Below are positions 1 through 13,209 of a stretch of DNA of 64,000 bases, in pieces. A program made the translations under genes and the position numbers. The notes beneath the pieces are model-generated. The model made no database searches, had not been told where the DNA came from, and was given only the letters and a program-made list of their open reading frames with translations. The stretch lies in the NCBI GenBank assembly GCA_030704615.1, contig CM060732.1:24056001-24120000 (forward strand). The letters run 5' to 3'. The DNA is from Takakia lepidozioides. Its lineage: Eukaryota; Plantae; Bryophyta. The stretch's first letter is position 1. Each line of letters begins with the position of its first letter.

Positions 1-391
1 GGCTGTACACATCCCTGAGTATGTGTCAGGGCACCTATACAGATAGGGGCAGCCCAACTACTTGTTCAAGAGCGCAGCCATGGGTAGTGGATCACAACAA
101 TCTGCAAAGGCATCCGAACCGGGGCTTCCTGTTGCTAGAGTTCCAACAACTTTGCTTCCCGATGCAACAACAAAGCATAATCAAAGAAAGGTGAGAGCAA
201 AAGTTTCAATGCTTGGGCGTGTGAGTGGATTTTTATTGTTAATGCTACTTCACATTGTGTGTCATTCGTGCTATTCTAATTTTTTGATCATTGTGTCATT
301 CAATATACAGATGGTGAAACCAGTGAAGCGTTCAATGGGCAGGGAGAGTACAATCTGTGCTATCAATCAGACTACAACCACAGTGGATCTG

Positions 392-1094
392 TGTCGCGCA
401 CCTCACTTCGGTAAGCTCCCCTTCAAGTCATAGTTACTCGCTTGATGCGCGCGCCTAACTCCCAAACTGGCCGCCGGGCCAACTCGGAGCTTCGGTTGCT
501 CACCGGGGCATAACGGTCCCCCTTTACTCCTCCACTAGACCCTCTCCCAATTTGGGCCTAGTGGAAATTCCCTTTGGTCGATGGCAGTACGGAATAGCTC
601 CCCACACCTTGGTCGCTTTCCGGCTCGCACGCTTACTCACTAGTTTTTGGACACCAACGGGCTTGCACCGTTCTCGGGATTACTACTCCCTATATATACT
701 TCTGTGACTATCCGCAGGGGTTTCACAAACAACACCACCATTTTATGGCGAACCACCACGAAAACCCTCGATTCCCGGTGATGAGTCACGGTGAGTCTTG
801 GCCCACCCACCACGGTCCCCTTGGACCGTGATGAGTCCCAAGACTCCCCACGACTCCCACCACAAGGTCTCCGCCCCCACTAAGTCCCACTAAGCTACCA
901 CCACCCCTTGTGGAGCCACCCCCACCACAACGCGGTGTGCGGGGCTCCACCTAGTGAGTGCCTCCGCCTCCTCGAGTGCCTTGGGCACTCGAGGTTGCTT
1001 CAGCCCCCCGTACCTATTGCTGCCACCGCCCCCACCACAAAGGGCAGCCCCTCTGCGACCTGACCCCCTGCCCTCAAGGCAAAGGGCCGCGACA
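392..1094 (-). repeat. 3' LTR of element A
   Basis: Direct repeat of 24742-25418 with TG...CA ends; purine-rich GGTAGGGG tract on the minus strand just inside (about 1099-1106). Confidence 0.95.
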
Positions 1095-1999
1095 CACACC
1101 CCTACCAACAGGGAGTCGAAGTCCTCATCGACTTGTCCATTTTGTAGAAACAAACATCCAAGTTGTGGCGTCCCACATCAAGGAGTTTGTTTCCGCACCA
1201 TGGCGTCCCATGGCTAAGAACCAAACCCCCACTTGACTCTTCTCTCCACTAGCTAGTTCGGCCGACTTCCTCCAAGTCCCGGCCAAGGGTGGAGCCTCTC
1301 AAGCTCCTCCCAGTGCACTCTTCTTGACCCACTTCAGGATCAACGATCAATCCTCCCCGAGGATCGAATCGCCTTACTGCAACAACATTTGCTTGCGACC
1401 GCTCGTGATGTCGCTTTTGGCATCACCTTGAGCAAGGGTTCGCCTTGAACCCTTTTTGACTAGGAAGATAACCTTGAATCAACCGTGCGCCTCAATCACT
1501 ACAATTGGGTCCGCTTTGGAATGCTGGCCTAAGGTACGGGAACACGCCGAAGCCGCACTACGACTTCGTCTCGAGGCTACATGATTATAGTACGTGAACG
1601 GAAGCACGTAGCTTCCGCATTAGCCCGCACTACAAGGCAACCCCCTTGGTAGCGCAGTTATAGTACGCGCACGCGCTGGGTGCGCACTAGCATGTGAACT
1701 CCCAACGAAGGTGCAAGTTTCTTTGCCCCTTGGGTGGGAGTCATCCGATTTTGGCACTACACAAACACACGATTAATCCAATTTACCTCTCCCACTTTAT
1801 AAGCTTAGCATGCATTCTACACACTAGCCAACCATACCATGCATCACCATTCTAAACAAAATAGGACGCACAACATTTGGAAACCATTTCTTTTATAACA
1901 AAATTTGTACAATACAAGTTTTTGCAATTGGATTCCTGAGCTAGCTAAGCCGGGCTAAGCATGCATTTCCTCCCCCACGCTCTAAGGTTGATGTCCCCA

Positions 2000-3253
2000 T
2001 CAACGCTTCTTCCGCTTTTGAGGTCGCCCTTCGAAAGTTGCAACCGCCTCGGATGCGTTTCCCATTTCTGAGGCACGCACCCGAGATGCCTCCACATGAT
2101 GATAGCCCTTCCATTTCACGAGATACTCTGTTTCTTGATTCTTGAAGCTCCTCGACTTAAGCACTGCCTCCACCTTGTACTCAGGTTCATTTTCATGATC
2201 CAACAGCAAAGGTGGCGGACGCAACACTTGAGGCCGATTCGGACGTGCTTCATCTTTGAAGTAAGGCGTCAAAAGGGAGACGTGGAATACCGGATGCACC
2301 TTGCTATTTGCCGGCAGCTCCAATTCATACACATCCTCATTCATAACCTTCCGGATGCTAAAGGGTCCCGCATACGGGGGTTACGAACTTCGGACTCACT
2401 TCCGGAGGTAGTCGAATTTTTTTTGATGTTCAACCAGACCTCCGTGCCAGCCTCAAACTTAACCTCCCTCTGCTTCCGATTCGCCTGCCGTTCATACCGT
2501 TTCCTAGCTTTGGCAATGTTGTATTTCGCGAGCTTCAACAAACACTCCGGTTCTTTCAGCACTGCCACTGCTGCCGGTTCCTCAACGTCTTGGGCGGCCC
2601 AACTTGTCGGCACCAGAGGTGCTTTTCCATAGACCAATACGAAAGGGGAAACTCATGTTGCAGAATGTTTTGTATTATTATAACAGAACTCTGCCGCATC
2701 CAAGTGCTCTACCCAGTCCGATTGGTCTGCCGACACGTAATTCCGCAAGATCTGCTTCACCACAGAATTCACCCTTTCCGTTTGGCCGTCCGTCGTAGGT
2801 CGGAAGGCGGTGTTCATTTTGAGCCTCGTCCCCATTTTCTTCCAAAGTACCCTCCAAAATTTACTAGTAAATTTTGGATCGCGGTCCGAGACAATATCCT
2901 TCGGGAGTCCATGATGCTTGAAGACGTGGGCGAAGTAAAGTCGCCCCGTCTCCTGCGCCGTTGCCGTCTCCTTGGTGGGGATGAAATGACCCATTTTATT
3001 GAACCTATCCACCACCACCATGATTGCGTCGAATCCTTTTGACAGCGGCATAGCAGTCATGAAGTCCATTGAGACACTTTCCCAAGACCCCTCTGGAATC
3101 GGCAAGGGTTGTAACAGCCCCGCTTGTTTTTTGTACTCGCTCCGGTTTTGTTGGCATGTGGTGCATGTCTTGACATACTCCTCGGCCTCCTCTCTCAGTT
3201 TGGATCAGAAATACTCTTTCTTCAAGAGTGCCGCGGTGCGCTTGGCTCCGCCG
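2000..3253 (-). pseudogene. pol: Element A pol, 3' part (integrase core, degenerate GPY/F region, chromodomain)
   Basis: WESVSMDF, IVSDRDPKF, TDGQTERVN integrase; EYKVEAVL...EYLVKWKGY chromodomain; frameshifts. Continues from 21370 once element B is removed. Confidence 0.92.
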
Positions 3254-3978
3254 TGTCGCGCACCTCACTTCGGTTAGCTCCCCCCTCAAGTCATAGTTAC
3301 TCGCTTGATGCGCGCGCCTAACTCCCAACCTGGCCGCCACGCCAACTTGGAGCTCCGGCTGCTCACCGGGGCATAACGGTCCCCCTTTGATCTCCCAAAG
3401 AACCCTCCAACGATTTGGAACCCGCGGAATTCCCTTTGGTAGTTGGCAGTCTGGAACAGCTCCCACTCTTTGGTCGCTTTCCGGCTCGCTCGCTTACCCA
3501 CTAGTTTTTGGTCACCAACGGGCTTGCACCGTTCTCGGGGTTACTACTCCCTATATATACTTCTGAAGCTATCTGCGGGGGTTTCACAAACAACCATGCC
3601 ATTTTATGGCGAACCACCACGAACACCCTCGACTCCCGGTGATGAGTCGCGGTGAGTCTTGGCCCACTCACCACGGCCCTTATGGACTGTGATGAGTCCC
3701 AAGACTCCCCACGACTCCCACCACGAGGTCTCCGCCCCAGGGTGAGTCCTATGCCACCCCCACTAAGTCCCGCTAAGCTACCACCACCCCTTGTGGAGCC
3801 ACCCCCACCACAACCCGGTGTGTGGGGCTCCACCTAGTGAGCGCCTCCGCCTCCTTGAGTGCCTTGGGCACTCAAGGGTGCTTCAGCCCCCCATACCTAT
3901 CGTTGCCACTGCCCCCACCACAGGGGCAGCCCCTCTTGTGTCCCGACCCCCTGCCCCTCAAGGCAAAGGGCCGCGACA
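3254..3978 (-). repeat. 3' LTR of element B
   Basis: TG...CA ends; matches 8638-9265 plus 21274-21369. Confidence 0.95.
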
Positions 3979-4884
3979 CACACCCCTACCAACAGGGAGT
4001 CGATGTCCTCATCGGCTTGTCCATTTTGTAGAAACGAACATCCAAGTTGTGGCGTCCCACATCAAGGAGTTTGTTTCCGTACCATGGCGTCCCATGGCAA
4101 AGAACCAAACCCCACACTTGACTCTACTCTCCACTAGCTAGTTCGGCCGACTTCCTCCAAGTTTTGGCCAAGGGTGGAGCATCTCAAGCTCCTCCCAGTG
4201 CACTCTTCTTGGCCTACTTCAAGGCCAAGGAACGATCCTCCCCGAGGATCGAATCGCCTTACTGCAACAACATTGCTTGCGACCGCTCATGATGCCGCTT
4301 TTGGCATCACCTTGAGCAAGGGTTCACCTCGAACCCTCTTTGACTAGGAAGATAACCTTGAACCAACCGCGCGCCCCAATCACTACAATTGGGTCCGCCT
4401 TGGAATGCTGGTATGAGGTACGGGAACACGCCGAAGCCGCACTACGACTTCGTCCCGAGACTACACGATTATAGTACGTGAACGGAAGCACGTAGCTTCC
4501 GCGTTAGCCCGCACTACAAAGCAACCCCCTTGGTAGCACAGTTATAGTATGCGCACGCGCCAGGTGCGCACTAGCACGTGAACTCCTAAAGAAGGCGCAA
4601 GTTTCCTTGCCTCCTGGATGGGAGTCACCCGATTTCGGCACTGCGCAAACACACGATTAACCCAATTTACCTCTCCCACTTTTGTAAGCTAGCATGCATT
4701 CTACACACTAGCCAACCACACCATGCATCACCATTCCAAACAAAATAGGATGCACAACACTTGGAACCCATTTCCTTTATAACAAATTTTTATACAATAC
4801 AAGTTTTTGCAATCGGATTCCTAAGCTAGCTAAGCCAGGCTAAGCATGCATTTCCTCCCCCACGCTCCAAGGTTGATGTCCCCA

Positions 4885-7800
4885 TCAACGCTTCTTCTGC
4901 TTTTGAGGTCGCCCTTCGAAAACTGCAACCGCCTCGGATGCGTTTCCCATTTCTGAGGCACGCACCCAAGATGCCTCCACATGATGATGGCCCTTCTATT
5001 TCACGAGATACTCCGTTTCTCGGTTCTTGAACCTCCTCGACTTAAGTACTGCATCCACCTCATACTCAGGTTCATTTTCATGATCCAACAGCACAGGTGG
5101 CGGACGCAACACTTGATGCCGATTCGGACGCGCTTCATCTTTGAAGTAAGGCTTCAAAAAGGAGACGTGGAATACTGGATGCACCTTGCTGTTTGCCGGC
5201 AGCTCCAATTCATACACATCCTCATTCATAACCTTCCGGATGCGAAAGGGTCCTGCATATGGAGGTACGAACTTTGGACTCACTTCCGGAGGTAGTCGGA
5301 AATTCTTGATGTTCAACCAGACCTCCATGCCTGCCTCAAACTTCACTTCCCTCCGCTTCCGATTTGCCTGTCTTTCATACCGTTTCCTAGCTTTGGCAAT
5401 GTTGTACTTTGCGAGCTTCAACAAACGCTCGCGTTCTTCCAGCACCGCCGCTACTACCGGTTTCCTCAACGTCCTGGGCGGCCCAACTTGTCGGCACCAC
5501 ATGTGCTTTTCCATAGACCAATACGAAAGGGGAAACTCCCGTTGCGGAGTGTTTTGTGTTATTATAACAGAACTCTGCCGCGTCTAAGTGTTCCACCCAG
5601 TCTGTTTGGTCTACCGACACGTAAATCCGCAAGATCTGCTTCACTACGGAATTCACTCTTTCCGTTTGGCCGTCGGTCGTAGGTCAGAAGGCGGTGCTCA
5701 TCTTCAGCCTCGTCCCCATCTTCTTCCAAAGTGCCCTCCAAAATTTACTCGTAAACTTTGGATCGCGGTCCGAGACAATATCCTTCGGGAGTCCATGATG
5801 CTTTAAGACGTGGGCGAAGTAAAGTCGCCATGTTTCCTGCGCCGTTGCCGTCTCTTTGGTGGGGATGAAATGGCCCATTTTACTGAACCTATCCACCACC
5901 ACCATGATTGCATCAAATCCTTTTGACAACGGCATAGCAGTCATAAAATCCATCGAGACGCTTTCCCAAGTCCCCTCTGGAATCGGCAAGGGTTGTAATA
6001 GCCCCACTTGCTTTTTGTACTCGCTCCGGTTTTGTTGGCATGTGGTGCATGTCTTGACATACTCCTCTGCCTCTTCCCTCAGTTTGGGCCAGAAATACTC
6101 TTTCTTCAAGAGTGCCGCAGTGCGCTTCGCTCCGCCATGGCCCGCAAGCGGGCTATCATGGCATTCTCTCAAGAGGCTATCTCTGATCCCTCCCTTCGAC
6201 ACGTAGAGACGCTTTTGCTTATACCGAAGCAGTCCATTTTGCAAGTGGAACTGCGATTTAACCCCCATCCTCAAGTCCTGCATCACGGACTTTGCCAGCT
6301 CATCCTTCCGACAAGCCTTCCGGATCTTCCTTTGGAGCACCGTCTCGCCCCTGTACACCAACAAGAGCTGCTGCTTTCTACTTAAAGCATCGGCCACCAC
6401 GTTGTCCCGTCCCGGTTTGTACTGGATATCCACGTTGAACACCGCCAAAGTATCTTGCCACCTAAGTTGTTTTGGGGACAACTTGGGCTGCGTGGCAAAA
6501 TACTTCACCGTGACATTGTCCGTGAACACCTTCACTGGGTTGGAACCAACATAGTGGCGCCAAAGCTCAAGACAGTGCACCACCGCCTTCATCTCTTTCT
6601 CGTGCGTCGGCCACCGTCGCTCCACTTCATTCAGTTTCTTACTTTTGTAAGCCACTGGACGTCCATCTTGCATCAGTACACCCCCAATCGCGAAGTCCGA
6701 CGCATCTGTATGAATCTCGAACGGAAGATCGAACTCTGGGATTTTCAAGACTTGAGCTTCCGCCATCCGCTGCTTCAATTCAGCAAAAGCTTGGCCACAA
6801 AGGTGTTCCATGCCCAGACTTTGGATTTACACAGAAGGTCTGACAGCGGCCCCGCGATCTTGGCGAAATTTCTCACATACTTCCGGTAATAGGAGGCGAG
6901 TCCTAGGAAGGATCGCACTCCCGGGACCGAAGTCGGAGGCTCCCAGTCCAAGATTGCCCTCACCTTCCTGTCATCCATTCTGATCCCATCCTGTGTAATC
7001 ACATGCCCCAGGAACTCCACTTTTGTGACCCCGAATTTGCACTTTGAAGCTTTGGCATACAGCTTCCATTCCCGCAATTTCTGGAACACCCTTTTGAGGT
7101 GCTCCAGGTGCTCCTCCTTTGTTTTTGAATACACCAAGATGTCGTCGATGTACACGATCACAAAGTCATCCAACCACTTCTGGAAAAGGCTGTTCATCAG
7201 CGTGCTAAAGGTCGCGGGAGCGTTGGTGAGTCCAAAAGGCATCACCAAGAACTCATATGAACCATACCTTGTCCTGCATGCGGTCTTCTCCTCATCTCCT
7301 TCCGCCACTCGAATTTGATGATAGTCGGAGCGCAAATCGATCTGGCGGAAATACTTCGCTCCTGCCAACCGATCGAAAAGGTCGTCGATCCTTGGCAAAG
7401 GGTATCGGTTTTTGATAGTCACCTTATTCAAAGCCCTGTAATCGACACACATCCGCAGCGTCCCATCCTTCTTGTCTGCGAATAGCACCGGGGCTCTGTA
7501 AGGTGACTTATTTGGCCGGATGTACCCCTTTGACATTAGATCTTTGAGCTGAGTCTTCAGCTCGATCAACTCTCTGTGGCTCAACCGGTAGGGCGCCTTA
7601 GCAGGCGGTTCCGATGCCGGTATCACCTCAATCTTGTGGTCAACTCCTCTTCGCGGTGGCAAGCCGCTTGGTAAATCCTCCGGCATCACATCCTGGTATT
7701 TCTCCAAAATCCCCTTGATCCAATCTGGGCTCGGCTCCCCATCGCCTTCTCCCTTCACTTCTCTAATGTAGAGCAAAATCTGGGGCTCGTGTGCCTCCTC

Positions 7801-8582
7801 CACGGCCCACTCAATTGCCTCGTTCAAAGTCTTAGGTGGCTTCTCCTCCAACTTCTGCCTGGCCCATGGGGCCAGTCCCGCCACAAAGTTGAAGACCATT
7901 TCTGGTTTTTCCATGTCCGCGATTTCGAGCAACAGCACATTGAAAGCCTGGACATATCCCCGAATGTCATCTGTTTGCTTCAAATTCCTCATCTTGTCCC
8001 GGGCGAGCCAGGACGCGTTGAGAGGCACAAACTGCCTCTTCATCAATTCCTTGAACCCACTCCAGTTCAAGGTTTCCGGGCTTGGACCTCGGTCGTGAAG
8101 GCGTTTCTGCCACCATTGTTGAGCATAGCCCCTCAAATAGGTGGGAGCCACTTCCACCCGATCCTCGTCACTCAACTTGGCCGCCCGGAAGTACTGCTCT
8201 AGCTCCAAGAGCCAGGTGTTGAGTGCCTTCCGATTTCGGACGCCCTCGAAGGTGCCGGGTTCCTTAGGCTTCACCTTAAACTTTGCCTTAGTGGAAGTTG
8301 CATTAGCCGCCTTCAACACGTCTTTCAACGTCCCGCCAAATTGCGCCAACAACCCTTCCCAAAAGGCTGTCGGCATGGGAGGCATCTGTTGGTCGGTCGG
8401 AGCTCTCAGGGATTCCTCAGGCTCCGACTCCTCAGATTCCTCCCGCTCTTGAGCGGTCTTGTTTTCGGAAACATGCATCGCTTTCTCAAACGGCCGCCTC
8501 AATGACACGTCGCCCCCATCGGGCTCACCAGGATCATCATCTTTTGGGCCGTTCCGCTTCCGCTTTGGCTTGCCCGACCCAT
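4885..8582 (-). pseudogene. gag-pol: Element B gag-pol lacking zinc knuckle and protease
   Basis: ORFs 6775..8508, 5684..6811 and 4996..5514: gag fused directly to RT (EAIE|WAVEE), RNase H, integrase, chromodomain; several frameshifts. Confidence 0.92.
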
Positions 8583-8637
8583 GATGAGGCCAATCCCAAG
8601 GATGATCACGTACTGAACTCTAAGCTCTGATACCAAG

Positions 8638-9265
8638 TGTCGCGCACCTCACTTCGGTTAGCTCCCCCCTCAAGTCATAGTTACTCGCTTGATGTGCGCG
8701 CCTAACTCCCAACCTGGCCGCCGCGCCAACTTGGAGCTCCGGCTGCTCACCGGGGCATAACGGTCCCCCTTTGATCTCCCAAAGAACCCTCCAACGATTT
8801 GGAACCCGCGGAATTCCCTTTGGTAGTTGGCAGTCTGGAACAGCTCCCACTCTTTGGTCGCTTTCCGGCTCGCTCGCTTACCCACTAGTTTTTGGTCACC
8901 AACGGGCTTGCACCGTTCTCGGGGTTACTACTCCCTATATATACTTCTAAAGCTATCCGCGGGGGTTTCACAAACAACCATGCCATTTTATGGCGAACCA
9001 CCACGAACACCCTCGACTCCCGGTGATGAGTCGCGGTGAGTCTTGGCCCACTCACCACGGCCCCTATGGACCGTGATGAGTCCCAAGACTCCCCACGACT
9101 CCCACCACGAGGTCTCCGCCCCAGGGTGAGTCCTATGCCACCCCCACTAAGTCCCGCTAAGCTACCACCACCCCTTGTGGAGCCACCCCCACCACAACCC
9201 GGTGTGTGGGGCTCCACCTAGTGAGTGCCTCCGCCTCCTTGAGTGCCTTGGGCACTCAAGGGTGC
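8638..9265 (-). repeat. 5' LTR of element B, main segment (remainder at 21274-21369)
   Basis: The LTR sequence breaks at ...CAAGGGTGC and resumes as GTGCTTCAGCC at 21270. Confidence 0.93.
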
Positions 9266-9350
9266 TGTCGTGCGCATACATATCGCTACACAACTACATC
9301 GCTGTCCAAACCACCCCACACATATATGCACAATAAAGTAGTTTACCACA
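9266..9350 (-). repeat. Terminal repeat A of element C (85 bp, displaced part of the 5' LTR)
   Basis: Appears identical to 9702-9786 by eye. Confidence 0.92.
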
Positions 9351-9351
9351 A

Positions 9352-9786
9352 TGATAGAAATCCAATGAACACACTGTGACACAAAACATGAAAACCAAAC
9401 CATCACTCTTAGAAAATAGTAGTCAAGCCAGGGGCACCCCAAGCTATGGGGACTCCACCCCACAACAACGTGTACCCCTACATAAGCACACTCAAATCTA
9501 AACACATGCAGGAGCTCGGTCGCGCAGGCTCAACTCGAGAAAGATGAGCCGCGCGACTGCCGCTTTCGTGAAGATAAGACGGACCAGGTGTCAAACTAAA
9601 CTTGACACCTGATTTAACACTTGACCTAAATCCAAGTGTTAAATACAAATAACTAGTTTTATTCTAGCTGTTTTCACACTGTGCTTATTTAACTTGACAG
9701 CTGTCGTGCGCATACATATCGCTACACAACTACATCGCTGTCCAAACCACCCCACACATATATGCACAATAAAGTAGTTTACCACA
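9352..9786 (-). repeat. Intact 435-bp 3' LTR of element C (B + GC + A), lying internal to the element end
   Basis: Minus strand TGTGGTAAA...TTTCTATCA, preceded by AGGGGGGCG-AT (PPT plus 2 nt); contains the palindrome GACAGCTGTC at 9696-9705. Confidence 0.85.
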
Positions 9787-9788
9787 AT

Positions 9789-9797
9789 CGCCCCCCT
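9789..9797 (-). promoter_or_regulatory. Polypurine tract of element C
   Basis: AGGGGGGCG followed by AT and then TG of the 435-bp LTR. Confidence 0.65.
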
Positions 9798-10045
9798 AGC
9801 TGGTGGATAGGTCCCTCTACCTCCAGATAGCTACAAGACGTAATAGCCATAGCCGTACTAAGTCCTGTATCACTGTCCCTATCGCACTCAAACTCTATAG
9901 ACCAAGAGGCCGGGTACAAGAGTAGCCCCATCGTTAGTCGCCGTCTTGCAATCTGTGAACTTGAGCCAGGACTTCGTGTATTCAAGGTCTCCTGTAGCTG
10001 GGCCTTGCGTTGCTTGTTAGCCTCCCATGGTTGTATCCACTCCCA

Positions 10046-10264
10046 CTATCCAATGCATTGTGGACATAACCAATCCCCATCTGGAACCATCTCAAGAGGT
10101 GGAGTCAAGCACCCCATATGCCAACCTCTAGAGCATCGATCACACACCAGCATGGTGGCTGCCCCTTTAGCAGACCCACACAACATGCACCTCAAACCTG
10201 CAGATACCACTGCCAGGTTTGGGTCAATCCTGCCATCGACATTCGGAAGTGACATGGCGCACAA
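10046..10264 (-). CDS. PHD finger at the C-terminus of element C integrase (frameshifted from INT)
   Basis: CMLC...MLVCDRCSRGWHMGCLTPPLEMVPDGDWLCPQC is a C4HC3 PHD. Confidence 0.9.
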   Translation of the reverse strand: MCAMSLPNVDGRIDPNLAVVSAGLRCMLCGSAKGAATMLVCDRCSRGWHMGCLTPPLEMVPDGDWLCPQCIG

Positions 10265-11500
10265 TTACGCACATGGTCCTTCCAAGTTATGCCATCCCGA
10301 CCCTCCAAGACCAAGACGCCTGAGGGCAAGACCTCTCGTACCCTCAAAATAACACGTCCTGCAGTCACATCCAGGGTCGTAGGAGCAGTCTGCTGCAGAT
10401 AGACATAGTCACCAGGGTTGAATCTCCGAACCCCAGGACGATAGCCCCCACCACGTATGGTAGCATACCTCAACGTATCACGGTGTTGTGCAATGGCAAG
10501 GTTCTCGAAAGCCATGGGCATGACTCTCTTGAACAACTCTGCACGATGCTCACATGCACGTGCCCATACGTCCGGATCGTCAAGGTTAAGAACTGTAGCA
10601 GCTTCTCTGCGAATGGATGTAGGCAAATCCGGCTCTCGGCCAAAGAGAAGAAAGTATGGTGAGAAGGAGGCAAGTGATGCTTGCTTGCTGAACCTGTAGC
10701 CATGGCTAACCAGGGTAACTGAAGGTCCCAATCTCCTAGGTGTCCCTTCTGCAAGCCATACTTGCGCAAACCCCTCTTACTGTCTGAACAACTCTCTCTG
10801 CCAAGCCATCGGCCTCAGGATGATCCCGAGAAGTGGTGCGGTGGTCTATCAAGGCCTTGTCACACAAAGCCTGAAACTCCCCCAAGAACTCTCTCCCTTG
10901 GTCCGTGAGTACCTCAGCTGGAGCACCGAATCGGCTAAGCACACAATCCAAGAATGCATACGCAGCTCCCTCACTAGCCTTATCAGGCAATGGAACCAAT
11001 TCAATCCACTTGGAGAAGTGCTCCACCATCACCAACACGTACTTGTTGTGGCGCATGGTCAGTGGCAACGGCCCTGCGAAGTCAAGACTCCACCTGTAGC
11101 CCAATCCCATGATCGGAAGAGGGTGCAATTGTGGAGTAGGGGCGTTGAATGAAGCACGCACCCTGTCACACACCATGCACCTAGCCACAAATTGTTGCAC
11201 CTCTGTGTGCATACCACGCCACCAATACTGCCCCTGCAGTAGGCTATGGGTGCGTCGCACCCCAAAATGCCCCAACTCCTCGTGGGCATGCCGCACTAAC
11301 TGTGCCCGCTGTGTTGGGTGAGGCACAATCCTCACTCGACCATCCTCCCACACTCGGAGCAGGTGTGTCCCCTCCCACTTGAACCTCTTGGCTCGTTGTA
11401 GGATCCGATCCCTCTCCTTGGCAGTCACAGTGGCTGCGTGTCTCCAGTGCGAAGATAGTCCAACACAGCTGAATCCTCATGTATATCTTTGGCGCCACCT
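10265..11500 (-). pseudogene. pol: Element C DDE integrase
   Basis: HAHEELGH...CMVC zinc finger; WSLDFAGP, VLTDQGREF, ADGLAERVV catalytic D-D-E; frameshifts near 11430 and 10740. Confidence 0.92.
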
Positions 11501-11690
11501 TGCTCATTGCTGGCCTCAGGGTCCTCAGACACTTGATCCACAGTCATCCCTGTTGCAGGTCCAACCTGGCCTTCCGCTGCCAAGATACACAGAAATGCAG
11601 ATGCATGCCATCCGGGCACCATCTCCTCGTCCGTCTCACCATGCCACCGAGCTCCAGTGTCATCCTGCTGGCTCGTGCATGGATTGCGAC

Positions 11691-13120
11691 TCAACCCATC
11701 TGCATTGCGATTGACCAAACCGGTCGATGCACCACCTGAAAGTCATACTCTTGAAGGATGAGTGCCCACCGTGCAAGCTTCCCCGTAAGCTTGTCTGACT
11801 CCATCAACCACTTGAGTGGTTGATGATCCGTGACAAGGGTGAAGAGATTGCCGTATAAATAGCACCTGAAGTGTGCCACGGCCCACACTGCAGCTAAGCA
11901 TTCTCCCTCATATGAGCTATACTTAGACTCTGCAGCATTGTTCGAGCGGCTAGCATAAGCCACTACGAACTCTCTTCCCTCATCATCCACCTGTGTGAGC
12001 ACCGCTCCAAGCCCCAGCATGCTCCAATCTGTATGCAGCTGAAAAGGACGCCCCCTGATAGGTCGTCTCAAGATGGGCGCCGAGGTCAACCTCGCCTTGA
12101 GCTCTTGAAAAGCTTGTTCTTGCTCATCTTCCCACTGCCACTCCTGGTCCACCTTGGTCAGCTGGTTAGAGCCTTTGCAATGGCACTAAATCCCTTAACA
12201 AACCGTCTGTAATAGTTTGCTAACCCCATGAAAGCTCGAACTCGGCTCACATCCGTGGGGGGGAATGGAATGGACTCTACCTTAGTCTGCTGTACCCCCA
12301 ATCCTCCAGGATATATCATGTGACCCAGATACTCAATCTGGTTGTGGAAAAACTTGCACTTGCCCGGATGTAACTTCAATCCGTGCGTCCTCAAGCGCTC
12401 AAATACCCCCTGAAGGTGTCTCTCATGCTCCTCCACCGTAGCACTAAAGATGATGATGTCATCTATGTAGCACCGAGCAAACTCCACCCCTGCTAGAATC
12501 CTGTCCATGACTCTTTGAAACTCAGCGGGAGCGTTTTTAAGCCCAAATGGTAAGAACCGCCACTAGTATAGGCAATCCTTCCCGTGCTCGTTGATCCCCC
12601 AGAATGCCGTTTTTTGCTTATCCGCCTCCTTGATCGGCAACTGGTGATATCCGGATCGTAAATCCAACGTGCTAAAGACCTTGGAATGCCCAATGGCATC
12701 AAAGATCTCCTCTGGTGTTGGCATGGCATACCTATCGGACTTGGTCTGACGATTTACAGGCCGGTAATCACCGCACATACGTCTCTCCGTCCAATTGCCA
12801 TAGACATCCTTCTTAGCTGGCATCACTGTGGCTGAAGCATACTCTCCACCAGAGAGCTCCACCAAACCTGCCTCCCAGAGATCTTGAGTCCTCATCTGAA
12901 TCAAAGACCTCTCCATGTCACTGTATCTATAGGGTCTCCGAAAGATTGGCGTGTCAGTGGCCAACTCAATACGGATCTCTTGACCCTTCAGTGCTCCCAA
13001 GTCCTTCAAACTGAAGGCACAGCAATTCCTATAAGCCCTCAGGAACCGCCGTATACGTCGTCTCTCTCCTCCGGTGACAATGGGTCCAATGTCAGGCTCC
13101 CAATTGTCCTCCGTAACTGC
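11691..13120 (-). pseudogene. pol: Element C reverse transcriptase and RNase H
   Basis: RMCGDYRPVN, LDLRSGYHQ, LPFGLKNAP, CYIDDII; RNase H LHTDWS...YEGECLA...TDHQPL. In-frame TAG at 12563 and frameshifts. Confidence 0.92.
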
Positions 13121-13209
13121 AACCTTAAGTCCAGTGGGCTTAGAGGTAGAGGACGCGTCCCGTGGTTGCTATGCTGCAACCTCTTGAGCAGTACCCCCTT
13201 CCTGCTCAG

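Noticed and set aside
890-4141. Short Pro-rich ORFs in LTRs and plus-strand ORFs over pol
   Set aside because: By-products of C-rich LTR sequence and antisense frames of real pol.
9266-9699. A+B as the real LTR, with a truncated partner and a chance tandem duplication of A
   Set aside because: The PPT abuts the internal A and the PBS abuts the end of the distal B, so the reverse-transcription LTR is A-GC-B. The missing and extra pieces are exactly complementary.
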